This document shows, in pieces, positions 37,354 to 46,692 of a stretch of DNA of 64,000 nt. The notes beneath the pieces were generated by a model. That model ran no database searches. It saw only the letters and a program-made list of their open reading frames with translations, and was not told the origin of the DNA. This stretch comes from Bdellovibrionales bacterium. GTDB taxonomy: Bacteria > Bdellovibrionota > Bdellovibrionia > Bdellovibrionales > UBA1609. Numbering within the stretch: the stretch's first letter is position 1; the number at the start of each line of letters is the position of its first letter. The stretch is from contig JBGSLV010000043.1 in assembly GCA_041740515.1 (NCBI GenBank), positions 27,594 to 91,593 of the forward strand, read 5' to 3'. The position numbers were made by a program, and so were the translations under genes.

Positions 37354-38300
37354 TAATTGTCAATAGTTTTTGTATTAAGAAGTTTTAAAGTTCTTAACTT
37401 TGAATATTCATGGTCCCTTAAATATGTAGGCCACATATAATTTTTTTCTAAAATTAATTTCTGAATTTCGTCCGAATACATAAAGCTTAAAAAATTAGTT
37501 TTTTGTTGATCTGACATTTTGCTTTGTGCTGAAAATGTGAAATATTCTTTTAAATTTGGGTGTCCAGAGTTTATAGCAATCTTTGATATTTTTTTTGATT
37601 TAATAAAATAAATCTCTGAGGTTTCAAAACTTAAAAATCCGTCCACAATTTTTCTTTCAAAAAGGCCAAACCCTTCAGACCAAGATTTGACAAATTTAAT
37701 TGCACGTAAACTATTGACCTGTTCAATGCTTAAAGCGCTTGATTGGACCCAATCCTGAAACAGAGCCCCTAGTATGCTGGTCGTTTTTAAAGGAATGGCC
37801 ACTGTTAAGTTTTTAGCCTCCAGAAAACCAAAGAATTCATTCAAAGTATTGAATTGTGATTGCTTAACATTTCTCATAAAAAACGTTAATGGGGCTTCAT
37901 CATAAGCCCAAAGTAAAAACTTTTTACTTGATAACAGATGCGAAGATCCAAGATCTGTAGTCTTTAGAAAATAATTACTTTTTTGTTGAATCAACAGACT
38001 GTCTGTTAATTTTTGAATCTGGTATTGATCTAGTCCAATTAAAATATCATATTGTTTGGGCTGCTTTACAAATAGATTAGCAATTAAATTAGCCCCATTA
38101 ACAACAGCAAACTTCAATTCACAATTAAATTTTTCAAAATATCTTTTCTTAAAACTTTCTCCAAGTCCTGAATAAAAAGAATTTGAAGTTAAGACTCTAT
38201 GTTGGCAATTGCTACTGAATTTAGGTCCACTGTAATAGTTTAACGTAGCCAATACTAAAGCTAGAAAAAAAAAGCCTAATAGACCAAAAATTTTTACCAC
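37353..38300 (-). CDS. Periplasmic substrate-binding protein of the ABC transporter (ThiB-like, start uncertain)
   Basis: Position and size. A GTG at 38300 overlaps the upstream stop (GTGGTAA) and gives the signal-like VVKIFGLLGFFFLALVLA. The longer ORF to 38444 would overlap the DoxX-like gene. Confidence 0.5.
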   Translation of the reverse strand: MVKIFGLLGFFFLALVLATLNYYSGPKFSSNCQHRVLTSNSFYSGLGESFKKRYFEKFNCELKFAVVNGANLIANLFVKQPKQYDILIGLDQYQIQKLTDSLLIQQKSNYFLKTTDLGSSHLLSSKKFLLWAYDEAPLTFFMRNVKQSQFNTLNEFFGFLEAKNLTVAIPLKTTSILGALFQDWVQSSALSIEQVNSLRAIKFVKSWSEGFGLFERKIVDGFLSFETSEIYFIKSKKISKIAINSGHPNLKEYFTFSAQSKMSDQQKTNFLSFMYSDEIQKLILEKNYMWPTYLRDHEYSKLRTLKLLNTKTIDN

Positions 38301-38776
38301 AAAAAGCCACGGTATCTTTTGTAAAAATAGTAATCTAGTCCCACACACCGACCTGCTCCGGCCCATCCCAGAGTAAACAAGACTGCAGAAAACAAACTTA
38401 TCCACGGCCATAGAACCTGATCTTGAATGTAAGAAAACGACCAAAGATAAACCAGCAGAAGGAATACTGTGGGTCGAACTAAAAAACCAAAGATTAAAAG
38501 CAGTCCTGTAGCAATCTCAAGGCTGACTTGCAATTGGGCAAATATGCTCCAGTAAGGGCGTACAATTTCAATAAAGAAATATTCAATAGCGGCTGGATAT
38601 GATCCTAATCGTAAAAATTCGTTGATTTGAGCCGCCAATAAGGGTTCGTTAATATAATCCCCATGGTATTTACTCCAACCTAAATTAAAAATATGTATCC
38701 CAACATAGATTCTTAAAAAACAAATTGCAAAATAATGACCAACATATTTTAAACTTTCCAAAAGCTCTCGAATCAT
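38294..38776 (-). CDS. DoxX-like small membrane protein
   Basis: Four hydrophobic spans. FLRIYVGIHIFNLGWSKY is similar to a DoxX N-terminus. Confidence 0.5.
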   Translation of the reverse strand: MIRELLESLKYVGHYFAICFLRIYVGIHIFNLGWSKYHGDYINEPLLAAQINEFLRLGSYPAAIEYFFIEIVRPYWSIFAQLQVSLEIATGLLLIFGFLVRPTVFLLLVYLWSFSYIQDQVLWPWISLFSAVLFTLGWAGAGRCVGLDYYFYKRYRGFLW

Positions 38777-38790
38777 GGTTTAAATTTAAC

Positions 38791-39411
38791 CTAGAAGGTA
38801 CTTGAGGGGCAATCTTTCTTTAAAAAACAATCTTCACAATGTGGTTTACGAGCTTTGCAGGGTCCTCGTCCATGATGAATCAACCAGTGGGAAAAGATGA
38901 TCCAATGTTTTTTTGGCACCTGTCGCATTAAATCCCTTTCGATGATTATTGGATTGTCTGATGCCGTTAAACCCAATCTATTTGCCAGCCTTTTTACATG
39001 TGTATCAACAACAATGCCCTCTGCGATTTGAAAGCACTCTCCCAAAACTACATTTGCCGTCTTACGTCCAACCCCTGCAAGGTTTTTTAGGACTTCGATA
39101 TCGGGAACTACTTTAGCTTCATATTTTGCAACTAATACCTGGCAACAGGCCTTAAGATTTTTAGCTTTATTTTTATAAAATCCGGTGGACTTAATGTCTT
39201 TTTCAATCTCTTTAATATCAGCCAAAGCCAAATCCTGAGGAATTTGGTATTTCTTGAATAGCTTGTCAGTCACTATATTTACTCTTTTATCTGTGCACTG
39301 CGCACTTAAGATTGTCGCAATTAATAGTTCTTCCGGTGTCGAATAGTTTAAGGCACAGGTCACATCTGGGTAATAGCGTTTTAATAAATTGATTAACTTT
39401 TTGATTGGCAT
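38791..39411 (-). CDS. nth: Endonuclease III
   Basis: HhH-GPD region LAGVGRKTANVV and the 4Fe-4S cluster motif CKARKPHCEDCFLKKDC. Confidence 0.9.
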   Translation of the reverse strand: MPIKKLINLLKRYYPDVTCALNYSTPEELLIATILSAQCTDKRVNIVTDKLFKKYQIPQDLALADIKEIEKDIKSTGFYKNKAKNLKACCQVLVAKYEAKVVPDIEVLKNLAGVGRKTANVVLGECFQIAEGIVVDTHVKRLANRLGLTASDNPIIIERDLMRQVPKKHWIIFSHWLIHHGRGPCKARKPHCEDCFLKKDCPSSTF

Positions 39412-39531
39412 GATGACATCTTCTTATTCTTCATTTTAAATAAGACAACTAGTTTAATGAACTCTAGACATAAATTTATATTTGCAACGAATTGTTTTTC
39501 AAATTTAAAACATGAGAAAAAGCGAGGTATT

Positions 39532-40191
39532 ATGCAGAAAAAAGTTGCTGTTGTGCTTTCTGGCAGCGGTTATTTAGATGGATCAGAAATCACAGAAGCT
39601 GTTTCCGTGATCATCGGCTTGTCCCAAAATAACATCAATTATCAAGTTTTTGCCCCTCAACAAAGATTCTCTCCAACGTCTCACTTTAAAGATGAGCTGC
39701 TCGAAAATCATTTCAGAAATGCTTTAGAAGAGTCTGCTCGTATCAGTCGAGGTAAAATTCAAGATCTTGCAGATTTAAATCCATCTTATTTTGACGGCTT
39801 AATTATACCTGGCGGCTACGGGGTGGTGAAAAACTTGTGCACCTGGGCTCATGATGGTCACAAATGCAGCGTGCATAAAGAGGCTCGTCGAGTCATTGAA
39901 GATTTTTTTGAAGCTTCAAAACCAATTTTAGCCCTTTGCATAGCCCCAGCTCTCATTGCTAGAGTGCTTGGACAAAAAAGATCTGTCACTTTAACCATTG
40001 GCAATGACAAAGCAACCGCCACAAAAATCGTAAGCTCAGGCTGCGAGCATGTGGAATGTTCAGTTGATGACTTCATCACTGACCGCGAGTGCAAAGTAAT
40101 TTCTTCCCCAGCTTATATGTTTGACGTAGAGCCTCATCGAGTTTTTGCTGGAATCCAGAAAGCTTTGAATGAATTTCTAGCTATGGCTTAA
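39532..40191 (+). CDS. elbB: ElbB-type DJ-1/PfpI-family protein (isoprenoid biosynthesis glyoxalase ElbB)
   Basis: KKVAVVLSGSGYLDGSEITEAV N-terminus and LCIAPAL nucleophile elbow. Start at ATG 39532, with GAGGT upstream. Confidence 0.75.
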   Translation: MQKKVAVVLSGSGYLDGSEITEAVSVIIGLSQNNINYQVFAPQQRFSPTSHFKDELLENHFRNALEESARISRGKIQDLADLNPSYFDGLIIPGGYGVVKNLCTWAHDGHKCSVHKEARRVIEDFFEASKPILALCIAPALIARVLGQKRSVTLTIGNDKATATKIVSSGCEHVECSVDDFITDRECKVISSPAYMFDVEPHRVFAGIQKALNEFLAMA

Positions 40192-40569
40192 AATGCACTA
40201 GAATTGCGGTTTCAATATTTTATGTGCCTTAAAGCAAAATCGCTGCTTAATCACATAATAATGCCGTCAGAGGAAGGATCATAATTAAACAAAGATGATG
40301 GGTCAGTCTTTCAGAAAGTTTGAGCACATGTACAAGTTGTTTCTTGGATTTAACACATTTTCAATAGTAGCTTGCAATTGCCTGATCTCGCCATTAGAAA
40401 TTGTAACGTTGTTTTCTTGAGGTAAAATATTGACCTTGAAAAAACTCTCTTCAAACGTTCTTTGAGTTCAATACTGCTAATCAAGTTTAAGGAATAATAC
40501 TTTGGCGAAGGCTCGTCGCCGGATCTGCCTATTCCTAACGAATTGAAAGATAAATTTCAATGTTTCTGA

Positions 40570-40605
40570 ATGAAAGGACTTTTTTTTGTAAAAAAGTCCT
40601 TTCAT
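40570..40605. repeat. Perfect 16-bp-stem palindrome with a 4-nt loop
   Basis: ATGAAAGGACTTTTTT-TTGT-AAAAAAGTCCTTTCAT, read directly from the sequence. It lies in a 525-nt ORF-free gap. Confidence 0.9.
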
Positions 40606-40717
40606 GTAAAACTTGTGGTCATCGATTATAACTCTTGGTTTTACAGGGGAGAGTATTTTTTATTTTAATTAGAATTGGATTCGGTCGGCGCAGTTTGAAA
40701 ATTACAACCTGAAGAAA

Positions 40718-41380
40718 TTAATTTAATAGATCTTCGTAAAAAGCCCCGAAAGGTTTTATAGGATGGCGAATTTGAATCTCTAGTATCCATCGGTTTGCCG
40801 TGGGGGTTTGCTGGAAATGTTCAACAGTGCCTCGCTGGCGAGCCGTATGTGGAAAGTCTGCAACCCTATGACCATTAGCTTTTTTTAGCATTAGGTCCCA
40901 ACCCAAGTCTTTTGCGGCTTGAGAAGCAAAAGCATAGAGTTCGTGACCTGTGGCTTTATGTTTTAACCAATGTTCTCTAACTTGATACCATATAGTTTCT
41001 GCATCTTGGCAGCATTTCATCATCACAGGGTCATGACCCACAAAAAATGGACGACCTACATCACCTTCATGATCTGAAAATACTGGACCAATATCGATAA
41101 AGAAGATGTCGTTTTCCTGAAGTTCTGTTGCCGCTTTGCTTGGAACACCAAAAGGCAATAGCGTGTTGATGCCAAAGCGCACTTGTGGTGGATGCCAATG
41201 GCCCGAAGCTCCGCGCTCTGTTTGCAGTTTATGAATCAAAGACTTAGCTTCTAACTCATTCATACCAGCAACTATGAGTTTTGATGCTTCCAAAATAACT
41301 TCTAAGGTTTTATTTCGAGCCTCTAGAAGTAAATCAATATTAAATTTTGCACCAATGGATTCGTCGACATTTGCCAACAT
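40718..41380 (-). CDS. M24-family (pita-bread fold) metallopeptidase-like protein
   Basis: NDIFFIDIGPVFSDHEGDVGRPFFVG and GHRVADFPH segments. Start moved to ATG 41380, just downstream of the citrate synthase stop. Confidence 0.5.
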   Translation of the reverse strand: MLANVDESIGAKFNIDLLLEARNKTLEVILEASKLIVAGMNELEAKSLIHKLQTERGASGHWHPPQVRFGINTLLPFGVPSKAATELQENDIFFIDIGPVFSDHEGDVGRPFFVGHDPVMMKCCQDAETIWYQVREHWLKHKATGHELYAFASQAAKDLGWDLMLKKANGHRVADFPHTARQRGTVEHFQQTPTANRWILEIQIRHPIKPFGAFYEDLLN

Positions 41381-41384
41381 TAAT

Positions 41385-42509
41385 TTATGATTTCCACTTT
41401 TGATTGGCTTTTCCATTCCAGCGTCCACGCGGACGATAGATTCTGTTGTTAGAGTACTGTTCAAAAATATGCGCTAACCAACCTGAAACTCGTGATGCTG
41501 CAAATATCGGTGTATAAAGATCTATTGGAATTCCCATGCTGTAGTAAACAGTGGCCGAGTAAAAATCAACGTTAGGCAGTAGACCTTTTTCAGCCTTAAC
41601 AGTCTCATCGATCACTTCAGACATATCGTAATACTGGGACATGCCCGCTTCTTTACAAAGTTCTTTGCTCATCTGACGTAGTATTTTGGCTCTTGGATCC
41701 CCATTCTTATAAACCCTATGACCAAATCCCATGACCAATTCTTTATTTTCAAGAGCAGCTTTAACCCATTTTCGAGCGCCATCCATGGTCCCAATCTCTT
41801 TCAACATTAACATCACTTGCTCATTGGCTCCACCATGTAATGGACCTTTAAGAGCACCAATGCCGCTCACAACTGAAGAGTAGATATCGCTGAGGGACGA
41901 CGCCGTTACACGACTCGCAAAGGCTGAACAGTTTAGTTCATGATCCGCATGAAGCACTAAACATGTATCAAATACTTTGGTAGCCATTAACGAAGGTTCT
42001 TTTCTATTCAGGGTATAAAGAAAGTTCCAAGCAATTCCTTTTTCCGGTTTAGGACTTGGCATTTGCGCCAAAGTGCCTCGTCGTAAATTTTCATAAAAAG
42101 ACACCAACAAAGGCAGTTTTGCCACCAAGCGAAAGCCAACTTCAATTTGAGCTTTTGGATCAATATCGCTTTCCATAGAGTCCCAATGTGCCAATAAAGA
42201 AACCGCCGATCTAAGCCATGACATAGGATGAACATTCGTCGGAATTAACTTCAAAATTTCCATTAATTTGGGTTCAAGAAACAAATTTGCTTTTATTTTT
42301 TGATTATAAGCTTGCAACTGTTCTGGAGTAGGTTTGGCATCATTCCAAAGCAAATAAATAACTTCTTCAAAAGTTGCATTAGCAGCAAGATCTTCAATGG
42401 TATATCCACGGTAACATAAAGTAGCATCGACAATTGAAGAAATACCTGTTGAGCAGGCCACAACGCCTTCAAGTCCACGATCCACTGCGCCTTCAAAAAT
42501 TTCTGCCAT
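41385..42509 (-). CDS. gltA: Citrate synthase (short, ~375-aa type)
   Basis: LVLHADHELNCSAF, GPLHGGANE and GFGHRVYKNGDPR motifs. Start at ATG 42509, with GAGGT upstream. Confidence 0.9.
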   Translation of the reverse strand: MAEIFEGAVDRGLEGVVACSTGISSIVDATLCYRGYTIEDLAANATFEEVIYLLWNDAKPTPEQLQAYNQKIKANLFLEPKLMEILKLIPTNVHPMSWLRSAVSLLAHWDSMESDIDPKAQIEVGFRLVAKLPLLVSFYENLRRGTLAQMPSPKPEKGIAWNFLYTLNRKEPSLMATKVFDTCLVLHADHELNCSAFASRVTASSLSDIYSSVVSGIGALKGPLHGGANEQVMLMLKEIGTMDGARKWVKAALENKELVMGFGHRVYKNGDPRAKILRQMSKELCKEAGMSQYYDMSEVIDETVKAEKGLLPNVDFYSATVYYSMGIPIDLYTPIFAASRVSGWLAHIFEQYSNNRIYRPRGRWNGKANQKWKS

Positions 42510-42587
42510 ATTATACCTCTGGGTGATTGCTGATTGGGTGTACTCAAGTGTTATCAAAGATTAGCGTGAAGGTAAACCTGATTTCAA

Positions 42588-43484
42588 TTAAGCTAAACGA
42601 AGTACTGGTTCATCAGGACAAAAAATTACTAAAGTCGTGTCATGTGAAGCTGGTTTTCCTTTTAAGTGCTTTTCAAAAGCAAACAAAATTTCATGTCTAA
42701 TGTCATGCACATTTGTGTCTACGGGTAGCTTACCTAATAAGCTCATAATATCTTCCAAAGCTAAGTAATTCCCGCTGTCATTTGCAGATTTGAAGTACCC
42801 ATTAGTTAAAAGAACTATTACATCCCCTGCATCTAGTTTTAATTTTTCAGTATGCAGCTGCTCTTGCCCATCATAAAAGCAATTTACCGTTTTAGTTTTA
42901 AATGAGCGCACTAAGCCTTTAACTTCACCTAGACCCGAATACATAAAAGAAAAATCCCGTTTGTTAAAGTAACCTAAAAATAAATCGGGTAGAACTTCTA
43001 AATCTTTAAGGGCCGCAATCAGCTGTTTTAAAGACTCTGTGGGATCAACCAGAACCTTATCTTCAAACTCATGACTTAACTTCATAAGTAATGCTAAGAC
43101 AATGGCAGAGACGGAAGGGCTTGGGCTTTTACAAAGCAAGGTGCCAAACTTTAATTTATCTTTATGCTCAAACACATCAAAGTAATCACCATAGAAATCG
43201 GTGCCTGATTTATACTGAGTGCTGAATTGAAATCCCGATATCTTCGGAATTTTGGTCGGAACGATCAGCTTAAATAAATCCGCTAATGATTTATAATCTT
43301 GATCCAGTCGATTCTTAAGCTGAACCAAAGTTTGATTGGCTTTTTCTAGTTCAAATTTGAATACATTTATGGCGCTCGTTTTTTGCATATTCTCTAGCCT
43401 TAGCTCTTCACACTCTTGTCGTAAAAGCTCTAATTCATCCACCATAGTTTTAATGTCTCCAAAGCTAGACCTCACAGAGCGCAA
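42588..43484 (-). CDS. SpoIIE/RsbU-type PP2C phosphatase with an N-terminal coiled coil
   Basis: SGTDFYGDYFDVF, GDVIVLLTNGYF and SHDTTLVIF motifs. Start uncertain (43445 is possible). Confidence 0.7.
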   Translation of the reverse strand: MRSVRSSFGDIKTMVDELELLRQECEELRLENMQKTSAINVFKFELEKANQTLVQLKNRLDQDYKSLADLFKLIVPTKIPKISGFQFSTQYKSGTDFYGDYFDVFEHKDKLKFGTLLCKSPSPSVSAIVLALLMKLSHEFEDKVLVDPTESLKQLIAALKDLEVLPDLFLGYFNKRDFSFMYSGLGEVKGLVRSFKTKTVNCFYDGQEQLHTEKLKLDAGDVIVLLTNGYFKSANDSGNYLALEDIMSLLGKLPVDTNVHDIRHEILFAFEKHLKGKPASHDTTLVIFCPDEPVLRLA

Positions 43485-43530
43485 TTTACTCTGTTATTGT
43501 CAAATGTAACTCTTTTTAATAGAAAGTAAA

Positions 43531-44331
43531 ATGGAGCCACCCATGAAAGACTTAATATCACAACTGAAGGCCATGTGTTTTGAGAAGCCAGAATCTATAA
43601 TACATGGACTGGACCTTCTACACTTTTACTTTCACGGTGAAGATTATAGCTTTAGTGCCTCCAACAAAGTGATCATGCTCGGTGAACAGTTTAAATCTAT
43701 GGATATGACCATGGATGAAAAAATAAAACTGTTAAATTCTGTTTTTTTCGAAAAAGAGCAACTTTGTACAAGCTTAGACGACGATGCACCGATTTATTTA
43801 AAACATTTGTTTGATAAACATTTTGGCGACTCGAACTTAGTATCTTTGGTCTATCAATATTTATTAAAGAAACTTAACATAAATTTTAAAATATGGTCAG
43901 CTCAGCAGCCTTATTTGATTAAAGTTTTTGATTCAGAAAAAACCTATGTGATTAATCTTAAAGACAATGGTAACCGGGCTAAAGGTAAAGACCTAGCAGA
44001 ACCTCCCGACGAGTCTTCATCGGCTCTTATAATTCAAACTTACTTCATACTTACTAAAATCGCAGATCAACATTTGATGAAAAGTAATTACCAAAAAACT
44101 TTAAAAGTTTATAATTTGATTTTAGAAATTTTCCCAGAAAAAGTTTTATGGTTAGCCCGTCGTGGTCTATTAAATAAAAACTTAGGATTTTTTCAAGAGG
44201 CTTTAAAAGATCTGGAAAAATATTCGATCTACGTTGCAGAGAAAGACTTTTCTAACTCCGTCGTTCAAGCCTTGATTGAACTTAAGGGTTTGAAATATGC
44301 AAATGTCGATCGACAAGCCTTAACTCATTAG
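43531..44331 (+). CDS. Hypothetical protein with a TPR-like C-terminus (SirB1/YchA-like layout)
   Basis: C-terminal helical repeat KTLKVYNLILEIFPEKVLWLARRGLLNKNLGFFQEALKDLEKY. The family call is weak. Confidence 0.35.
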   Translation: MEPPMKDLISQLKAMCFEKPESIIHGLDLLHFYFHGEDYSFSASNKVIMLGEQFKSMDMTMDEKIKLLNSVFFEKEQLCTSLDDDAPIYLKHLFDKHFGDSNLVSLVYQYLLKKLNINFKIWSAQQPYLIKVFDSEKTYVINLKDNGNRAKGKDLAEPPDESSSALIIQTYFILTKIADQHLMKSNYQKTLKVYNLILEIFPEKVLWLARRGLLNKNLGFFQEALKDLEKYSIYVAEKDFSNSVVQALIELKGLKYANVDRQALTH

Positions 44332-44336
44332 TTATT

Positions 44337-44434
44337 CGACAATTAATTTTTTTTTGGCCCTAATACCTAATAAGAGTTAAGTCGTATTGTAACAGGTTGA
44401 AGTTAGAATGAAGGGTGAAAAAATTTAATTGTCG
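44337..44434. repeat. AT-rich inverted repeat (CGACAATTAATTTTTT ... AAAAAATTTAATTGTCG) spanning the gap between two convergent genes
   Basis: 10 bp, one bulge, then 6 bp of complementarity around a ~60-nt loop. Related motif copies lie at 55840-55867, 46656-46671 and 58458-58475. Confidence 0.6.
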
Positions 44435-44444
44435 CAATACAATT

Positions 44445-45200
44445 TCATTTAAAGACTAAGTATTTGATCGTAGGACCTGCATAAATCTGTTTTGGAGTTA
44501 TTCCACCACTGTAATTTTTTACTTTTAAGACGGTTCTGATAGGTTTGTTTTTAACCGCCTTATCAATGGCTTCATCTAAGTCAGTCATTTTATCATTTCG
44601 AGTGATGTGTTTTAGAAAAAACATCTCTTTGTTACTTTTTGCTTTTTTATCAAAGAACATGAAATCAAAATATAATACAGCCTCGTCATTAACAGTCATT
44701 GCGTTTAAATAAGCACTGGCCTCACTAAAATGAAGTTCAAATTTTTGGGCTTCATTGGGGTTTGAGTTAAGATATCGATCTAATCCATCTTTTAACAATA
44801 AATAAACAATTGGGTTCTGTTCAATCCAAGTGACTTTTGCAAAGTACTTAGCAACGATAAATGAATCCTTACCGAAGCCCGCCGTTAGATCAATTAAATG
44901 CTGTTGATTTGTTTTTAATCCCAAGGCTTTACATAATAGATTTTTACGATTGGTTTTAAGAGTTTGGGATTTTATTTTAGGATCATTGAAATCTACAAAG
45001 ATTGGCTTTTGGTTTTCGTATAAAATTTTTAATGTTTGATCTTGATACTCCAATGTGAAGCAAGATTGTTTGGCAAAGGAAATTTTTGAAATAAGACCTG
45101 AATTTATGAGTTCATCTAACACAGGATGAGGTTCTGATTGATCACTGATAAAAATTTCAGATGGATTATTTTTTAGATAACTTTTTAGGACATCAACCAC
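44445..45200 (-). CDS. Class I SAM-dependent methyltransferase, RsmJ-like (16S rRNA m2G1516)
   Basis: LIDLTAGFGKDSFIVAKYFAKVTWIEQNPIVYLLLKDGL matches the RsmJ core pattern as I recall it. Confidence 0.6.
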   Translation of the reverse strand: MVDVLKSYLKNNPSEIFISDQSEPHPVLDELINSGLISKISFAKQSCFTLEYQDQTLKILYENQKPIFVDFNDPKIKSQTLKTNRKNLLCKALGLKTNQQHLIDLTAGFGKDSFIVAKYFAKVTWIEQNPIVYLLLKDGLDRYLNSNPNEAQKFELHFSEASAYLNAMTVNDEAVLYFDFMFFDKKAKSNKEMFFLKHITRNDKMTDLDEAIDKAVKNKPIRTVLKVKNYSGGITPKQIYAGPTIKYLVFK

Positions 45201-45220
45201 AATAGTTTTAGCTTAAAGTT

Positions 45221-46147
45221 TTATTTACGCCAGTACAATCTTGGTGCAATTTTTAAGACCATCTCGTGCAGTTTTTTAAGTTTAGGCTGTAAAATGATAA
45301 GCTCGTCAGCCTGAATTTTGATTTTCGCAATTAGGTTTTCGTTCATAAGATCAAAAGCTTTAAGTTTAGTTAAAAGTAAATCTTTTGAAATTAACTTATA
45401 TAGCTCATCTTCGTTTGTAATTTTATAAACAGAGTCTTTAAGCTTAATATCTTCAAAAAGTAGAATCGAAAATGAATTTAAAAAACCTGCTTTAAGATCA
45501 GTCAGTAAAGACTTTTCTTCAAAGTTACGAATATTGAAATCTAAAAGATCATCACTTCGTTGTAACAAAAGACCCATATTTCGACCAATTTCACATAACT
45601 TTTGAATGACCTCTTCAGAATAATCCTTGTAGACAAAAGGCGCTTTTAAACACCAAGAAAATAAAGAGGAAGTCTTAAGCTCATGAATTCTTTGCATTTT
45701 TTCAAAACTTACATTTACATCATAACGAATGCTATCTTGTAGCCACTCACCCTCAAGCAATTCACTGATGGACTCGGATGTCACTTGCACTAACTTAATA
45801 TGTCCATGGGTTGAAAGATTAACCATAACTCGGGCTAGTAGATAATCTCCGGCTAGAACTGCATATTCAGCTCCAAACTCTTTCCACATTGCCGTTTTGC
45901 CTCGTCGAAGTGGTGCTTGGTCAATAAGATCATCATGTAAAAGGGAAGAGTTATGAATAAATTCAATAGTCTGAGCCAAAAGTAACTTTTCTTTCGAAGT
46001 TAATCCTAAAATATCCGCAACTTCGGCTACAAGTTGACCCCGAAAACCTTTGCCGTCTGAAAAAAGCTTGTCATAAAGATCGCTTAACCGAGGTAGCTCT
46101 TTAGGAAAATCTTTAGAACTATAAATTTTTAGATCTCTGCCGAACAT
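45221..46147 (-). CDS. Polyprenyl diphosphate synthase (trans-IPPS, quinone side chain)
   Basis: First Asp-rich motif LLHDDLIDQAPLRRGK. Second motif QRSDDLLDF. Confidence 0.85.
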   Translation of the reverse strand: MFGRDLKIYSSKDFPKELPRLSDLYDKLFSDGKGFRGQLVAEVADILGLTSKEKLLLAQTIEFIHNSSLLHDDLIDQAPLRRGKTAMWKEFGAEYAVLAGDYLLARVMVNLSTHGHIKLVQVTSESISELLEGEWLQDSIRYDVNVSFEKMQRIHELKTSSLFSWCLKAPFVYKDYSEEVIQKLCEIGRNMGLLLQRSDDLLDFNIRNFEEKSLLTDLKAGFLNSFSILLFEDIKLKDSVYKITNEDELYKLISKDLLLTKLKAFDLMNENLIAKIKIQADELIILQPKLKKLHEMVLKIAPRLYWRK

Positions 46148-46204
46148 TAATATCCAATTTTTTAAAGTCTATACAATGAGTTACGTCTACATGACGCAAG
46201 GGTC

Positions 46205-46627
46205 ATGCCCTCATGTGTAATTCAAGTTCATGTTAGAGTCATGGTCAAAATCATAAAGAGAATACCATTCGATCTGTGTGATCCCGTTGGCATCCTATTT
46301 TATGGATCCATCTATGCCCTAGTTCATCAAGCGTTAGAAGAGGCTTTGCCCCAAATAGGTATTTCGTGGCAGGAGTGGTTCAATTCGGACCAAGGAGCCC
46401 CCGTTCGAAGAGTCGAATGCGATTATTATCGGCCCATGAAAGGCAATGAAGTTTTTGATATTGAAATTAACTTTGTAAACCCAACAGACTCATCTATAAC
46501 TGTCCATTATCTTATCAAAAAAGAAAATGTAACTTACTGTGAAGTCAAAGTTATTAAAGTTTTTGTCGATCGAAAAACCATGACCAAAACAAAAATGCCC
46601 TCTAAGTATAAAGCCATTTTTGGTTAA
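46205..46627 (+). CDS. Hotdog-fold acyl-CoA thioesterase (4HBT/YbgC type; candidate DHNA-CoA thioesterase)
   Basis: FDLCDPVGILFYGSIYALVHQALEE. Close to men genes. Alternative start at 46241. Confidence 0.55.
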   Translation: MPSCVIQVHVRVMVKIIKRIPFDLCDPVGILFYGSIYALVHQALEEALPQIGISWQEWFNSDQGAPVRRVECDYYRPMKGNEVFDIEINFVNPTDSSITVHYLIKKENVTYCEVKVIKVFVDRKTMTKTKMPSKYKAIFG

Positions 46628-46692
46628 AAAATCCTTGTATTGCGAAAATGGTTTGTTCGACTATTTAATTTAAAGTCTTGAATCTTGAAAGA

